Counted from the stretch's first letter, positions 13,001 through 26,334 are shown. The stretch is DNA of 64,000 nucleotides from Chrysomallon squamiferum (GCA_012295275.1 CM022678.1:19716001-19780000); one strand, 5' to 3'. Notes: generated by a model not told the origin, from the sequence alone. Made by a program: numbers and translations.

Positions 13001-16000
13001 TTATATTGTAAACACAGTATTCATCATTAATATGTTTATATTGTAAACACAGTATTCATCATTAATATGTTTATATTGTAAACACAGTATTCATCATTAA
13101 TATGTTTATATTGTAAACACAGTATTCATCATTAATATGTTTGTATTATAAACACAGTATTCACAATTAATACATTTACATTATAAACATAATATTCAGA
13201 ATACATTTATTTTACAAAACATAATATTCATAATTTTAATAATGAAACAAGAAACAAGTATGGATCAAGATTTAGACATAAAACGAGCAGAAAAATGAGT
13301 AAAAAAAAGTATAAAATGAGTGAAAACTACTGACCCAGTTTTGGCGAGGTGAGACATTTGGACTCAGTGAGAGTGAGGGGAGTGTAGATGAAAACGTTGT
13401 GTTTCAAGTTTCTATCACAGTCGAGTTTGATGGGCTGCAGGTGAGGTGCCAGCGCCAACACCTTGAAAGACCTGAAATCAGGGGAGGTAATCATGAAACA
13501 TCAAGCAACAGCAACATATTCTGTTAGGTAATAATATTATAAAAATCAGGACAGGTAAGCATGAAATATCAAGCAACAGTAACATTCTGTTAGGTAATAA
13601 CATGTAACAAACTATACTTGTAGGTTAATGTATTATAAAAATCAGGGGAGGTAATCATGAACTATCAGCAACAGCAACATACTCATATTAGATAATAACA
13701 TGAGACAAACTGCACTTGTAGATTAAAGTAATATAAATCAAGGGATGTAATTATGAAATATCAAGCAACAGCAACATATTCTATTAAATAATAACATGTA
13801 ACAAACTACACTTGTAGGTTAAAGTAATATAAAATCAAGGGAGGTAATTATGAAATATCAAGCATCAGAACCACAAACACTTTAGTAATAATGTGTAACA
13901 TACTATAGTTGTCAGCTAATGTGTAACAAAATATATATATCTAAACACTTCCCATTATAAATCATAAGATAATGTAATTATAATTTACATGCACTAACTA
14001 CATAAGCATTAAGACAAAACAACCTAATTTGAAAACTATAAACTGTATATCAGATATAATAATCTATGACATAATACTCTGTTATATGTTTATGTATGTG
14101 TTATTGTAAGTATTTCACTGCTCACTTTACGTAGGGTAGATGTGTTAACGCGACAGCGGGCAGCACCACCCCATTGTCCAGGGCAAGGGGGTGGGGAACG
14201 CCCTCACACTTAGCGGTCACTGTCTCCAGATTGTTCAGTGCCTCCTGTCGCTGGGCATCGGTCAAGTGGTCATACATTGTGTGAAGGAGAAATGAACCGT
14301 GTCTGCAAGAAATTATTTTTAAAACATTTCTATAAATTTGTGTTTAAAAACATTATACATAAATATACAGATGGAACACTTAAATACAGACAGATATTTT
14401 ATTCATACAGACTTTCACAAACAGATGAACATTCAGACTCTTATACAGATGAGACAGTCAGTCAGTCAGACAACAGACAAACAGTAAACAGACTGTTACA
14501 AACATGTTTTTAATTACAGATGTATACTGACAGACGTATAAAGAGAAACACTGATATAGAGAAACTATCATAGCTAACATACATACATACAGACAGATTG
14601 TGTAAGTGACAGAGACACTAACAGACATACAGAAAGAATACATATATAGGCTGTCACAGATTTTTACAAACATGACAGCTATTACATAATTCAAAGTGAC
14701 AGACACACTAGACAGAACGCACAAACAGACAGAATACAGAAGTGACAGACACACTAACAGACATACAGAAAGAATACATATATAGGCTATCACAGACATT
14801 TAAAGTGACAGACACACTAACAGACATACAGATATAATACATACATAGGCTATCACAGACATTTAGTGACAGACACAATACATAATACATATAATGGCTA
14901 TTACATAATTCAAAGTGACAGACACACTAAACAGACATCACAGAAGTAGTATAGGTGACAGACTAAACAGTTATAAACAGACAGACAGACAGTATGTGAT
15001 AACAGACCTGACAGTTATAAACACTGTGGGTTTCCCATTAGTATAGTGATAACAGACTAAACAAGTTCATAAACACTGAGTGCTGAATGACAGGCCAGCC
15101 ATTGGGATGAACAGACTAAAACAGTTATAAACACTGAAGTAGTGTAGTCATAGAAAGTATAGTAACAGACTAAAACAGTTATAAAGAAATAGTATAGTGA
15201 TAACAAACACAGACTAAACACACAGTTATAGTCATAGAATATAATCTAAACAGTTCTGAATGACAGGCCAGTCATTGGGATAAGTGATAAAAACTAAACA
15301 GTTATAAAACAATGATTCCTTGATAACAGATTCTAAGTTAATGTCCAGTGATAACAGATTAAACAGTTATAAAATTGAAATGAAAATTATTTTATGTGAT
15401 AACAGACTTCACAGTTATAAAAAAGTAGTGTAGTAAGATAACAGACTAAACACATTATAAACAATAATTAGTGTAGTCATAGAATATATATGATAACAGA
15501 CTAAACACAGTTATAAACAAAAAAAAGTCATATATATATATAACAGATATATATCTATATAGTCAGTCATGAAAGTATTAATAACAAACACAGACTAAAC
15601 ACACAATGTTTTCATAAGATTTGAAAATTCTAATAATTAACATTCTAAAATGTCCAGATCCCAAATTAATATGGAAATGAAATGAAAATTATTTTATGTG
15701 ATCTTCCAGAGTAAAAAGGCTGAGTTAGAGATTATAAAATAATTATGGAATGTTATGCAATAACCAGGAGACAAAAAAAAAAAAAAAAAAAAAAAAGTAT
15801 ACAATCATAATTATCATGAAAAACAACAAAAAACAATTATACATACATCTCAGTTTCTTTTTTAGAGATATTTGTCAATTATACACAATCATAATTGTCC
15901 AAAAACTAAATAAATAAAAATTTAAATCGTCCTCAATCTGTGATTTCTCATCATCGCTCAAGCCAAGTTATCTTACCTTTAACGAACTCTTTTGGATCGA

Positions 16001-18362
16001 GGGAGATGTTGTAGCCGCCGAGTGCCTGTAGCAGCAGGTAGTAACACTGGTGCCAGCCTGCTGAGGTGCCCGGTGCCACACACTGCATGCCGGCTATCCG
16101 CTTGAAGAACGACGCTTTGCGGTGAAAACCTATCTCAGAATAGAGAGAGGCCAGAGTGCTGTATCTGTGTATCTGTAACAAAGAATAAACTGTGTTTAGT
16201 TACAGAGCTGTATCTGTGTATCTGTAACAAAGAATACACTGTGTTTAGTTACAGTGCTGTATCTGTGTATCTGTAACAAAGAATAAACTGTGTTTGGTTA
16301 CAGTGCTGTATCTGTGTATCTGTAACAAAGAATAAACTGTGTTTAGTTACAGTGCTGTATCTGTGTATCTGTAACAAAGAATAAACTGTGTTTGGTTACA
16401 GTGCTGTATCTGTGTATCTGTAACAAAGAATAAACTGTGTTTAGTTACAGTGCTGTATCTGTAACAAAGAATAAACTGTGTTTAGTTACAGTGCTGTATC
16501 TGTAACAAAGAATAAACTGTGTTTAGTTACAGTGCTGTATCTGTAACAAAGAATAAACTGTGTTTAGTTACAGTGCTGTATCTGTGTATCTGTAACAAAG
16601 AATAAACTGTGTTTAGTTACAGTGCTGTATCTGTGTATCTGTAACAAAGAATAAACTGTGTTTGGTTACAGTGCTGTATCTGTGTATCTGTAACAAAGAA
16701 TAAACTGTGTTTAGTTACAGTGCTGTATCTGTGTATCTGTAACAAAGAATAAACTGTGTTTAGTTACAGTGCTGTATCTGTAACAAAGAATAAACTGTGT
16801 TTAGTTACAGTGCTGTATCTGTAACAAAGAATAAACTGTGTTTAGTTACAGTGCTGTATCTGTAACAAAGAATAAACTGTGTTTAGTTACAGTACTGTAT
16901 CTGTGTATCTGTAACAAAGAATACACTGTGTTTGGTTACAGTGCTGTATCTGTGTATCTGTAACAAAGAATAAACTGTGTTTGGTTACAGTGCTGTATCT
17001 GTGTATCTGTAACAAAGAATAAACTGTGTTTAGTTACAGTGCTGTATCTGTGTATCTGTAACAAAGAATAAACTGTGTTTAGTTACAGTGCTGTATCTGT
17101 GTATCTGTAACAAAGAATAAACTGTGTTTAGTTACAGTGCTGTATCTGTAACAAAGAATAAACTGTGTTTAGTTACAGTGCTGTATCTGTAACAAAGAAT
17201 AAACTGTGTTTAGTTACAGTGCTGTATCTGTGTATCTGTAACAAAGAATAAACTGTTTTTAGTTACAGTGCTGTATCTGTGTATCTGTAACAAAGAATAA
17301 ACTGTTTTTAGTTACAGTGCTGTATCTGTGTATCTGTAACAAAGAATAAACTGTTGTTGTTGTTGTTGAACTGTATCTGTGTATCTGTAACAAAAAATAA
17401 ACTGTGTTTGGTTACAGTGCTGTATCTGTGTATCTGTAACAAAGAATAAACTGTTTTTAGTTACAGGTGCTGTATCTGTGTATCTGTAACAAAGAATAAA
17501 CTGTTGTTGTTGTTGTTGAACTGTATCTGTGTATCTGTAACAAAGAATAAACTGTTTTTAGTTATATTGTTGTTGTTGTTGAACTGTATCTGTGTATCTG
17601 TAACAAAGAAGAATAAGAAATTGTTTTTAATTATATTGTTGTGTTCTTGAACTAACAGACAAACGTACAGTAACAAGAAAGTTAAATCTTTCTGACTTTC
17701 TGAACTCCGAAATTCAAGTCAAATGCCTGTAAAAATTTGTAATCATTGAGAACATTGCTGCCTTATGAATATCAAATTATTAGAATGTAGGTTAGCTTCT
17801 TTTTTCTTTGTTCTTTTTCTTTTAGCAACAAAGAGTTAGGCAAGTAATACAAGATTATTAACCATGAATGAGAAAGCCAAACACAGAATCAATGAATAAT
17901 GAGAGATAGGGGGGAAGGGAAAGGGAAAGGGAAACAGAGAGAGAGAGAGGCAGAGAGGATGAGAAACAACAAGTTGAAAATATAGTTAACAATCAAAAAC
18001 TGCAATGAAAATAAAGAAACAATAAATAACAATAAATGTTTTGTACAGGGATCTAATTAACATACACACACACTAAGTTATACAACAGAGTATTTACACT
18101 GAATATAAATCATATAATAGTTACCTGTTACATTAAATATATATACAAAAATAATTAAATAAAAAATCATGTTTATGTTTAACGTAAGGTTATTAAAAAC
18201 CAAACTGTAAACATTTGATTAAAAACAAGTAACTGAATATTGAGATAAACTCTGACACATACCCTGTCATCATCAGCCACGTGTAGGTTGATGTACACAA
18301 CATTCTGAAGAAAATCTGAAGCTTGAAGATACTTCTGAAAAATATAAAAATAAAAAAAATAA

Positions 18363-18423
<61 letters not shown>

Positions 18424-21400
18424 ATGAAAAGATAAATGAAGTGAAGAACTGAAAAACTCTGGCTTTTATGTGTGTATATATATTAAACTAATACAACTTT
18501 GTTTATGAGTGCAGTTGTATTCAACAGAGAATATATTTATAAAGTTATTATTATTATTAGTAGTAGTAGTGTTACTTGTATATTTATTATTATTTACTCT
18601 GTCATCATTATCATCATCACATCATTATCATTATCATATATATCAATTCTCATTTTTATGGATGCTGAAGGGAAAAAAATGATCTGTTACCTTCCTATGC
18701 AGGTAAAAATAATTTTGAGAAAAAAAAAAATTCTCGAAACTCAAGATATTTCACAATAAGATGCCTTTTCCATCCATAGAATGTTAGAAACTTAATTATT
18801 TATTTAACAGTGAGATTTAGATTCTGCCCATTTATGTATTGGTGAGCATACTGGTTACAGTGTGAGTAACTGTAACAGTTTCCATGGTAACAGAACATAT
18901 TCTAAACCAACTGTAGCCGACAATATACAGCCAATTTATCATACATTTTTATTTACTGATATTGGTAAGTGTAATAAAAACAAAACAAAACAGTCAAATG
19001 AATATTTTTAATGTAAATAATTCTACTGTACATGTTTATATATTAAACTAACAATATCTGTACATAACAAAAACAACAAAAACAATAACACTGAATTACA
19101 CAGTACGTAGGAATATAATAATGATATAATCTATATATGTATATAGCTATGTAATACGGTATATATCCATTACCAGAACAAATCAATAATGAATCTGTTA
19201 GCAAAACAGTAAAATTAAACGCCACCAATATCTCTTTTTCAGATAATCTTGTAATTATTTTAAAAGGTTTCCTTCCTACTTATTTTTTAAAATCTGGTTT
19301 CAAATTTATTATTTTTTTAATAATACATTCTCCATATTATTAAACTTTCATTCGTTTTCCTCATCTTGAAGTGTTCTTTGTAAAGTGTTTTTTTACAGCA
19401 GCACGACTACAGACACTCCTAGTAGATCAAAGTCACTAATCTGTCACAGTGATAGTGACTAGACTACAACTTAACTAGCGATGATGTTAGTCACTGGTGA
19501 AGTAGTGACAGCTATGGGGACTAGACTATCAGTGAGTGAAACAGTGATGTCTAGTGACTGTCCTTTCACTTTCTGATATACATCACAGTGACTGGCATGG
19601 CATTTATGGAAATAGTGACATTTTCAGTTTGCCAAAGTGACTAGCATATCACTGACTGAATATAGTGACATTTTCGGTTTGTCAAAATGACTAACTAGCC
19701 CGTTATTCACTGGAATAGTGACATTCTCAGTTTACCAAAGTGACTAGCGTGTGTCACCGACTGAAAAAGTGTCATCATCAGTTTGTCAGAGTGATTATCA
19801 CATCACTGAAATAATGACATTCTCAATTTGCCTCTCACTGAAACAGTGACATTCTCAGATTATCACATCACTGAAACAGTGACATTCTCAAATTATCACA
19901 TCACTGAAACAGCGACATTCTCAAATTATCACATCACTGAAACAGCGACATTCTCAACCTGTCGCAGTGACCGGCCTGCCTCCTCTGTTCTCGCTGATGC
20001 ACGACCATTTCGACGATGGGCGTGTAGCTGGGGTACTTCTTGATGAAGTAGTTGGGAACCTGCCTGCGCGTGTTGTTGGTGCGACTGCGCTTGTTGGCAA
20101 ACCACGACTTCACCTGGCTTGTAGAGATCCCCGCCGACAGAGCCAGCTCCTCCTTCTCCTCGTCTGTGGGGTAGGGGTTCTCCACCCGGGCCTCGAACCA
20201 GTCTGACAGGACCTTTTTCGCTGCGCCATTGAGCACTTTGTACTGAGGTCGACGTACGGTTGTCGTGGCACTACCACTCTTCTGCTGGTACTTGTATTTG
20301 ATTGGATGGTCGTTGCCGGTGATGGACAGAGTGTTGAACGAACGGACGCGCTTGTTCGCCAGCCACTTTCGCACCTGCGACGGTTTCGTTTCGGTGAGGT
20401 CCGACAATGTCGCGACATCGTCGTCAGAAGGGTACGGGTACTGGACATGGCTCTCGTACCACTCTGTCAGCACCTGCGTCACGTGGTGGCGCTGCTGTCG
20501 GGTCTGCTCCTGCGGGGTCAGCATCATCATCGATGACATCATCGAGCCTCTGTTGTCGTCGCCGGGAGACAGGAAATCGGAAGTGGAGCTGTTTGGAGAT
20601 GAAGATTTCGTTTCTGCTTTGTCAGACGAGGTTTCAGTCGGAGAGGTTGAGGTTGAGGTTGAGGTTGTGTCGTCTGAAATGATTCGACTGGGAAAAGTGG
20701 AGATTTTTTGACGCGACTGGCATACTGGACTTGAAGTGGATGTGATGACAGGGCTGGAGACATCGGAATCACTGTGCACAACGTCAGCTGCTGCTGTTGT
20801 TGAAGTAGAGGCTGGAGTGTTTTTGCTGTCATCGACAGTCGCAGACACATTCTCAGCTTGTTCTACAATTTTTTGTCTTGTTAATGGTGTCTGCTTGATG
20901 TAATTTGCTGCTGTTCTTGAAGCACTGGAAAATGATGATGATGATGACGGTGATGATGTTGCCAATATTTGTTCAGCAGAAACACTTGTTGGTATTTGGA
21001 ATCCTGATGACGACGACGACGATGATGATGATGATGACATCAATGATGCAATTTTTTGAACAGATGCTGCTGCACCTGACGATGGGCATGTAGCCTTTGA
21101 CATCACTGGTGATGCCCACTGCAGAAAGGGCGATGCTCCTAGGAACGTTGCAGAAGCTGATGGCAGTGATGTCGCCTGAGTTGGAAGACCTCTGTGAAAA
21201 GCTGATGATGATGATGATGCCGATGATGATTCTTGTTGTTGGTGTTGTTGCAACAGGACTGAGAGGATCTCTGCCAGACCCTGCAGGTCTCAGACTACTG
21301 GCTAATCTGATCTTGTCCATCTCAGTTCTCACTTTGCAAGCCAGTTTGACTCTCTCTCCATCGTAGAACAAGTTCACGGATTGTCTGCCCCTGTTAAAGC

Positions 21401-24400
21401 TCAGCGCCTGGTACCTGCCCATCTCGATGCGACCGACCTCCGCGCAGTAGAAGTTCTCCAGCCGGAGACTGGCGGCGCGGCAGGCAGGGTTGGCATGGAA
21501 ACGAAGAAAGGAGTCCTGCAGCTGGATGTGGTGGTTGATGATCTGGTGGGGGGAGTCACTGGCAGGGAGGAAACTTCCGTTCCAGTTTGTTGTTATCAGA
21601 CTTGCAGGAACCTGGAAACAGTTTGAAACATTAAAATTAATTTTGATAAAGTGTAGCTTATTAATTAGATCATTTAGTAACAGCAATTAGCAAACAACAC
21701 TATTAGTATTATCTAGAAATATTATCTACTGCTGAAGGGTCCAGTTTCCAAATGTCCACTGTGGAAACTGACCAGGTATTAGACAAAAAATGTCCAGCAT
21801 AAATTTTTTTTTTTTTAAATGTGGTCTAATATTATCATCTATTTGTTTTCAATAATGTTCTAATCTGTGTTATCTATCCCAGCATTCAATGCACCATGGC
21901 TATTTTCCTTTCCTAATTTATAATGTTATATGTCAAACATGGTTTAAATTCATGATATGCCCTCCAACACTGATAATATCATATTAATAATTAGCCAATT
22001 AATAAAAAATTTAAAAATGGATATACTACAATTTATTATTTTCTCTTAAAAACAAAAAATGGGCCTAAATGTCAAATTTATTATATTTTTGATTTGTATT
22101 GTTCAAGTAAAGCAAAATGGCAGATTTTTGTTTTGTATATTGCAAAAGAGAATAATCTGAGGTTACATGAAAACATGCATCAAGATCTTGTATGTATTCT
22201 TAACAAAATAAAATTATGATGAAACTTTTTATTCAAAGTCATGATTCATATGTTATGTTTTAACACATTATAACTGTTGTCACCTAAAACATATAGTTTA
22301 AAGGATTTTTTAAAATCATGACTAAATCATACAAAATGTGTTTAGGGACTGGAATAGTTTTATTATAAAAAATATAAAATAAAAGTTTTATGTCCAAAAA
22401 TTATTTAAGTAAATGAAAATGATCAGTTATGATTTAGATAATAAAATAATTAAATAATTAACATTTATTTCCAAAGAGAATTGTGTAACCAGTAACCAGC
22501 CATGTTAAATAGTTCACTGCACTGTTTGTCATTAAACTTTATATTTATGATGTCAGAGAATGTATTTAAAATGACTAAATTATTATTAATTTTAGCAAGA
22601 TACATTAAATAGTTTTAATGATATTTGTGAACAATACTGAACAAGAGAATAAATTTGTTATTCAGATATACAAGTATATATTAATATTATATCTATATCC
22701 ATCTGTCTGTCTGTTTATATAGATAGTTAGATATAGATATACATATTAATAATATATATCTGTATATAGATAGATAGATAGATTCAAAGCATTGTTTTAC
22801 CACTGAATCCAAGCATATTTTAATCTGCTTACTAGCATATAAACAAACACACACACACAGACACACATAAACATTACTACAAGTGTAATAAAACGGGTAA
22901 TTGTTACAATATAATAAACAAATTGTCACTGTTTACAATCTATTATTTAACTGGTAGGGTTTGAGAAATGTAAGAGTAAGTATGTTAGCAAGTTAAGACC
23001 ACTAACCTGCAGATGTTGACATTCCTGAGTCAGCAGTGTCTGCAGATCCTCAAACATTGGGTGATTCTGCAGACGACTCAAATATCCCGTCGCGTTGCCG
23101 TAGCAACTGAACGCACTGTTTGGACTCTGCAGCCGATTCCTGGGTGACAGCAGGTTCACGGGTGACAGCGGGTGCATGGGTGACAACGGTGACAATGGGT
23201 TTATGGGTGTCACCGTGGTCAAGTATTTTGGATAATCGCTGTTGTGTCTAGCGGTCAACTTGTTTTCATTTCTTGCTGCGTTCGAGTGAGAAATCCTTCG
23301 TGGAACAGGATTATTGTAAGGAATCGGATTTTGAGGAATAACGTCTGCTACATTCCTGGCAGGACTGAAGATAGGCCTGTCTGACATGGTGTGTGCTGCA
23401 CGGTAACTCAACGTTATAACAGCAGTGTGACAGTGTATTCTTCACAGTAATTTCAATGCTAACAGTAACGTGTGTTTCACACAAAAATAACATTAATATT
23501 ACTACTACAGAGTTTTAAAAAACTAACTGTATAACTATTTCAATGTTAACACTGCTACAGTTAAGCACTGAATGTTGATGTTAACCCTTTAGGTTCTGAG
23601 ATAAGACTGAATGACCAGTGTTCACACACTATCTCATATAAGTTAGAAATACTTTGGAGATTTCGCTGTCATATGACTAATCAAAATAAAAATAAAACCA
23701 TTTTACATGCAGCACAAAAAGACCACTCAGTTCCTTCTAATCCAGCCTGCTTCAATCAGACATCTTCACCTCTGTAATCACTATCACAACACACAGCACC
23801 AGGCCACTGCTACCTGACTTATCTCCCTTGCTAATTAAACCTCCTCCAATCAGGCATGATCACCTCTGTAATCACTATCACAACAATTATCAGAGTTACC
23901 TCCCTTGCTAATCAACACCTGACCTAGCAAGACAGCATCAGCTCTTTATTAACAAAACAAACGACCTCTGGATACATCACACACTTACCTCACCTAGTAA
24001 TCAAAACACACCTAACCACTGTGACAGTCAGCAGTTACCTCCCCTGTTAGCTACAGTCAATTACCAGGACACTCATTACTGTAAAAACCAAGCCATGTTG
24101 TATTTAAGTTACCTCCCCATAGTTTGCTCAATCGTACACAGCGAGTTCCATAATCACTATCAAAACAAATCACACCAAGCCACGTTACCCAGTAAATTTA
24201 TTTAAAAAAAAAACCCTCTAAAACCTGCTACAAACAGACATTATCAAAACACACACAGAGCAGCAAGCCCTATCAAACATCACTTTCATCTGTACCAGTT
24301 ACCTCCCTTGAAGATTAGCCTGTACACACACAGCAGACGTTTTAGCTGAGTGCCAGTTAGCTAATCCACGTTTAATCCATGTTTAATCCAAGTTTAATCC

Positions 24401-24600
24401 AAGTTTAATCCAAGCCAGATACATTTACACCAGTCTTATCCACTATGAAAACACTGCTGTGTTATTTGTCTCTCAAATACCTTCTGCTGAGTACCACAAG
24501 GTAGGTGGGCTTTTTATTTTTAAATGTTAAAATGATGATGATAATAATAATAATAATACTAAAGTAGTAGTAGTTGTAGTAGCAGTGGTGGCAGTAGAAA

Positions 24601-24652
<52 letters not shown>

Positions 24653-26256
24653 GCAGTAGTTGTAGTAGCAGTAGTAGTAGTAGTAGTAATAATGTTTGTT
24701 TTAATAAAACTTAAAAATAAATATGTATTAAACTGGGAAAATAATCATTAACTAGTTTTGCTACTATTTATATTTGATGACATGTTGATGTTTTGGTTTT
24801 CTAAGTGTTGATGTTGTTTTGATGCAGTATTGATAAAACAAATTGAAACACTTACTTTCTGAAGTACCAACACTCGACAAGCCTTGAAACTTGCTTCCAT
24901 CTCTATCATAGCAGCACTTTTATACTATAAACCAAAAATAATAATTTACTTATAAACAGATAGATACATAGCTAGCTAGAGAGATAGATAGACTAACAGA
25001 GATACTTATAGACAAACAGACAGACAGACAACACAAATTCAGTCTTTAACAAATATTAAAACAAAAATCAGAAGGCTTTATGTACCATTGTTACATCATT
25101 TAAAATACTTTTCAACAAATAAAGATTAATAAATAAATTCTGTACAGTGTAAGTGAATATGTATATTACTTATAGTCACATATGTCCAGTGATACATAGT
25201 CAATACAAAACTAAGATTAACTTAGTTAATAGATTAAGTAAAACTTTACAGACAAAAGTTTATTTGAATCTATTTATTAATTTAACCTATTTTATTCATA
25301 TCTATAATTATACAGAAATAAAAAAAAAAATTTAAAAAGTAGACATTAAAAATAAACATAAATAAACATTCAGTTTAAAAAGAAATGTGAGATATATAGA
25401 TATATAGATATTGTGACTTGTAAAAAGTAGTACATATGTTTTATGAAGAACTACTGTCAACATATATTTATATTTGATCAAAATCAAATTAATAATTAAT
25501 GTTTTAAACAAGTTAAACAATTAAAAACAAAACAAACAACCATCCTCCAGAAAAACGAACCCAAAACCCCCAATAATTAGCAATATAAATAAAATTTATA
25601 ATTAACCATCTAAAAATACAAATCACACAATCAAAAATTTATAAAACTCTTTTACTTCATCTTGTATATTCAGTCAGTCAAATTTTTTTTAAATTATTTA
25701 ATAAGAAAAATAAATGAATGAAAATGACCTTGCTGTAATGTTTAATTGCTTCTTCATATTTCTCAATGATGTCGTCTGGATGTAACACTCCAGCGGCTGT
25801 TCGGTCAATCATGTCCAGTCCATTTGCATACGGAATAGCTGCAACAAACAGTAAATAAAATGAACAAACTCCACACTATGCTACGTTATTATCTGTAGGA
25901 GGCGTTTTTCTCTCTCTCTTTTTAATTTTTTATTATTATTTATTTTTAATCAAGTTTATTTTTTTTATCATTATTATTTTTGTTTTAACCCTTATTTATT
26001 TTTTATTATAATAAGTTAAAATAAATCAGAAATTTTTAATATGAGAATTATTTTTGTTTATTTTATATTTTATTTATTTATTTATTTATTTATTATTATT
26101 ATTACTTTATAATAAACTTGAAATTGTTGTACATCAGTTTAATAATATTGATGATCACGACAATCATGATAATGATAATAATGTAAATGTATTTAATACC
26201 TTTTTGTATGGTGTGTTCAAATATAAATATGAAAGAAATTTATATTAATCGGAAAT

Positions 26257-26334
<78 letters not shown>

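Noticed and set aside
1066-17610. Regular repeat arrays (28, 58, 35 and 49 bp) as CRISPR arrays
   Set aside because: Head-to-tail units without unique spacers, no cas genes, and eukaryotic intronic context.
21285-21295. Antizyme-like programmed +1 frameshift at GTC-TGA
   Set aside because: The TGA is in the destination frame, not the entry frame, so it cannot act as the pause codon; no slippery site or pseudoknot is evident.
19967-21690. Plus-strand ORFs overlapping the homeobox exon
   Set aside because: Antisense shadows of GC-rich coding sequence with no motifs; the same applies to 29328-29912 and 33622-34329.
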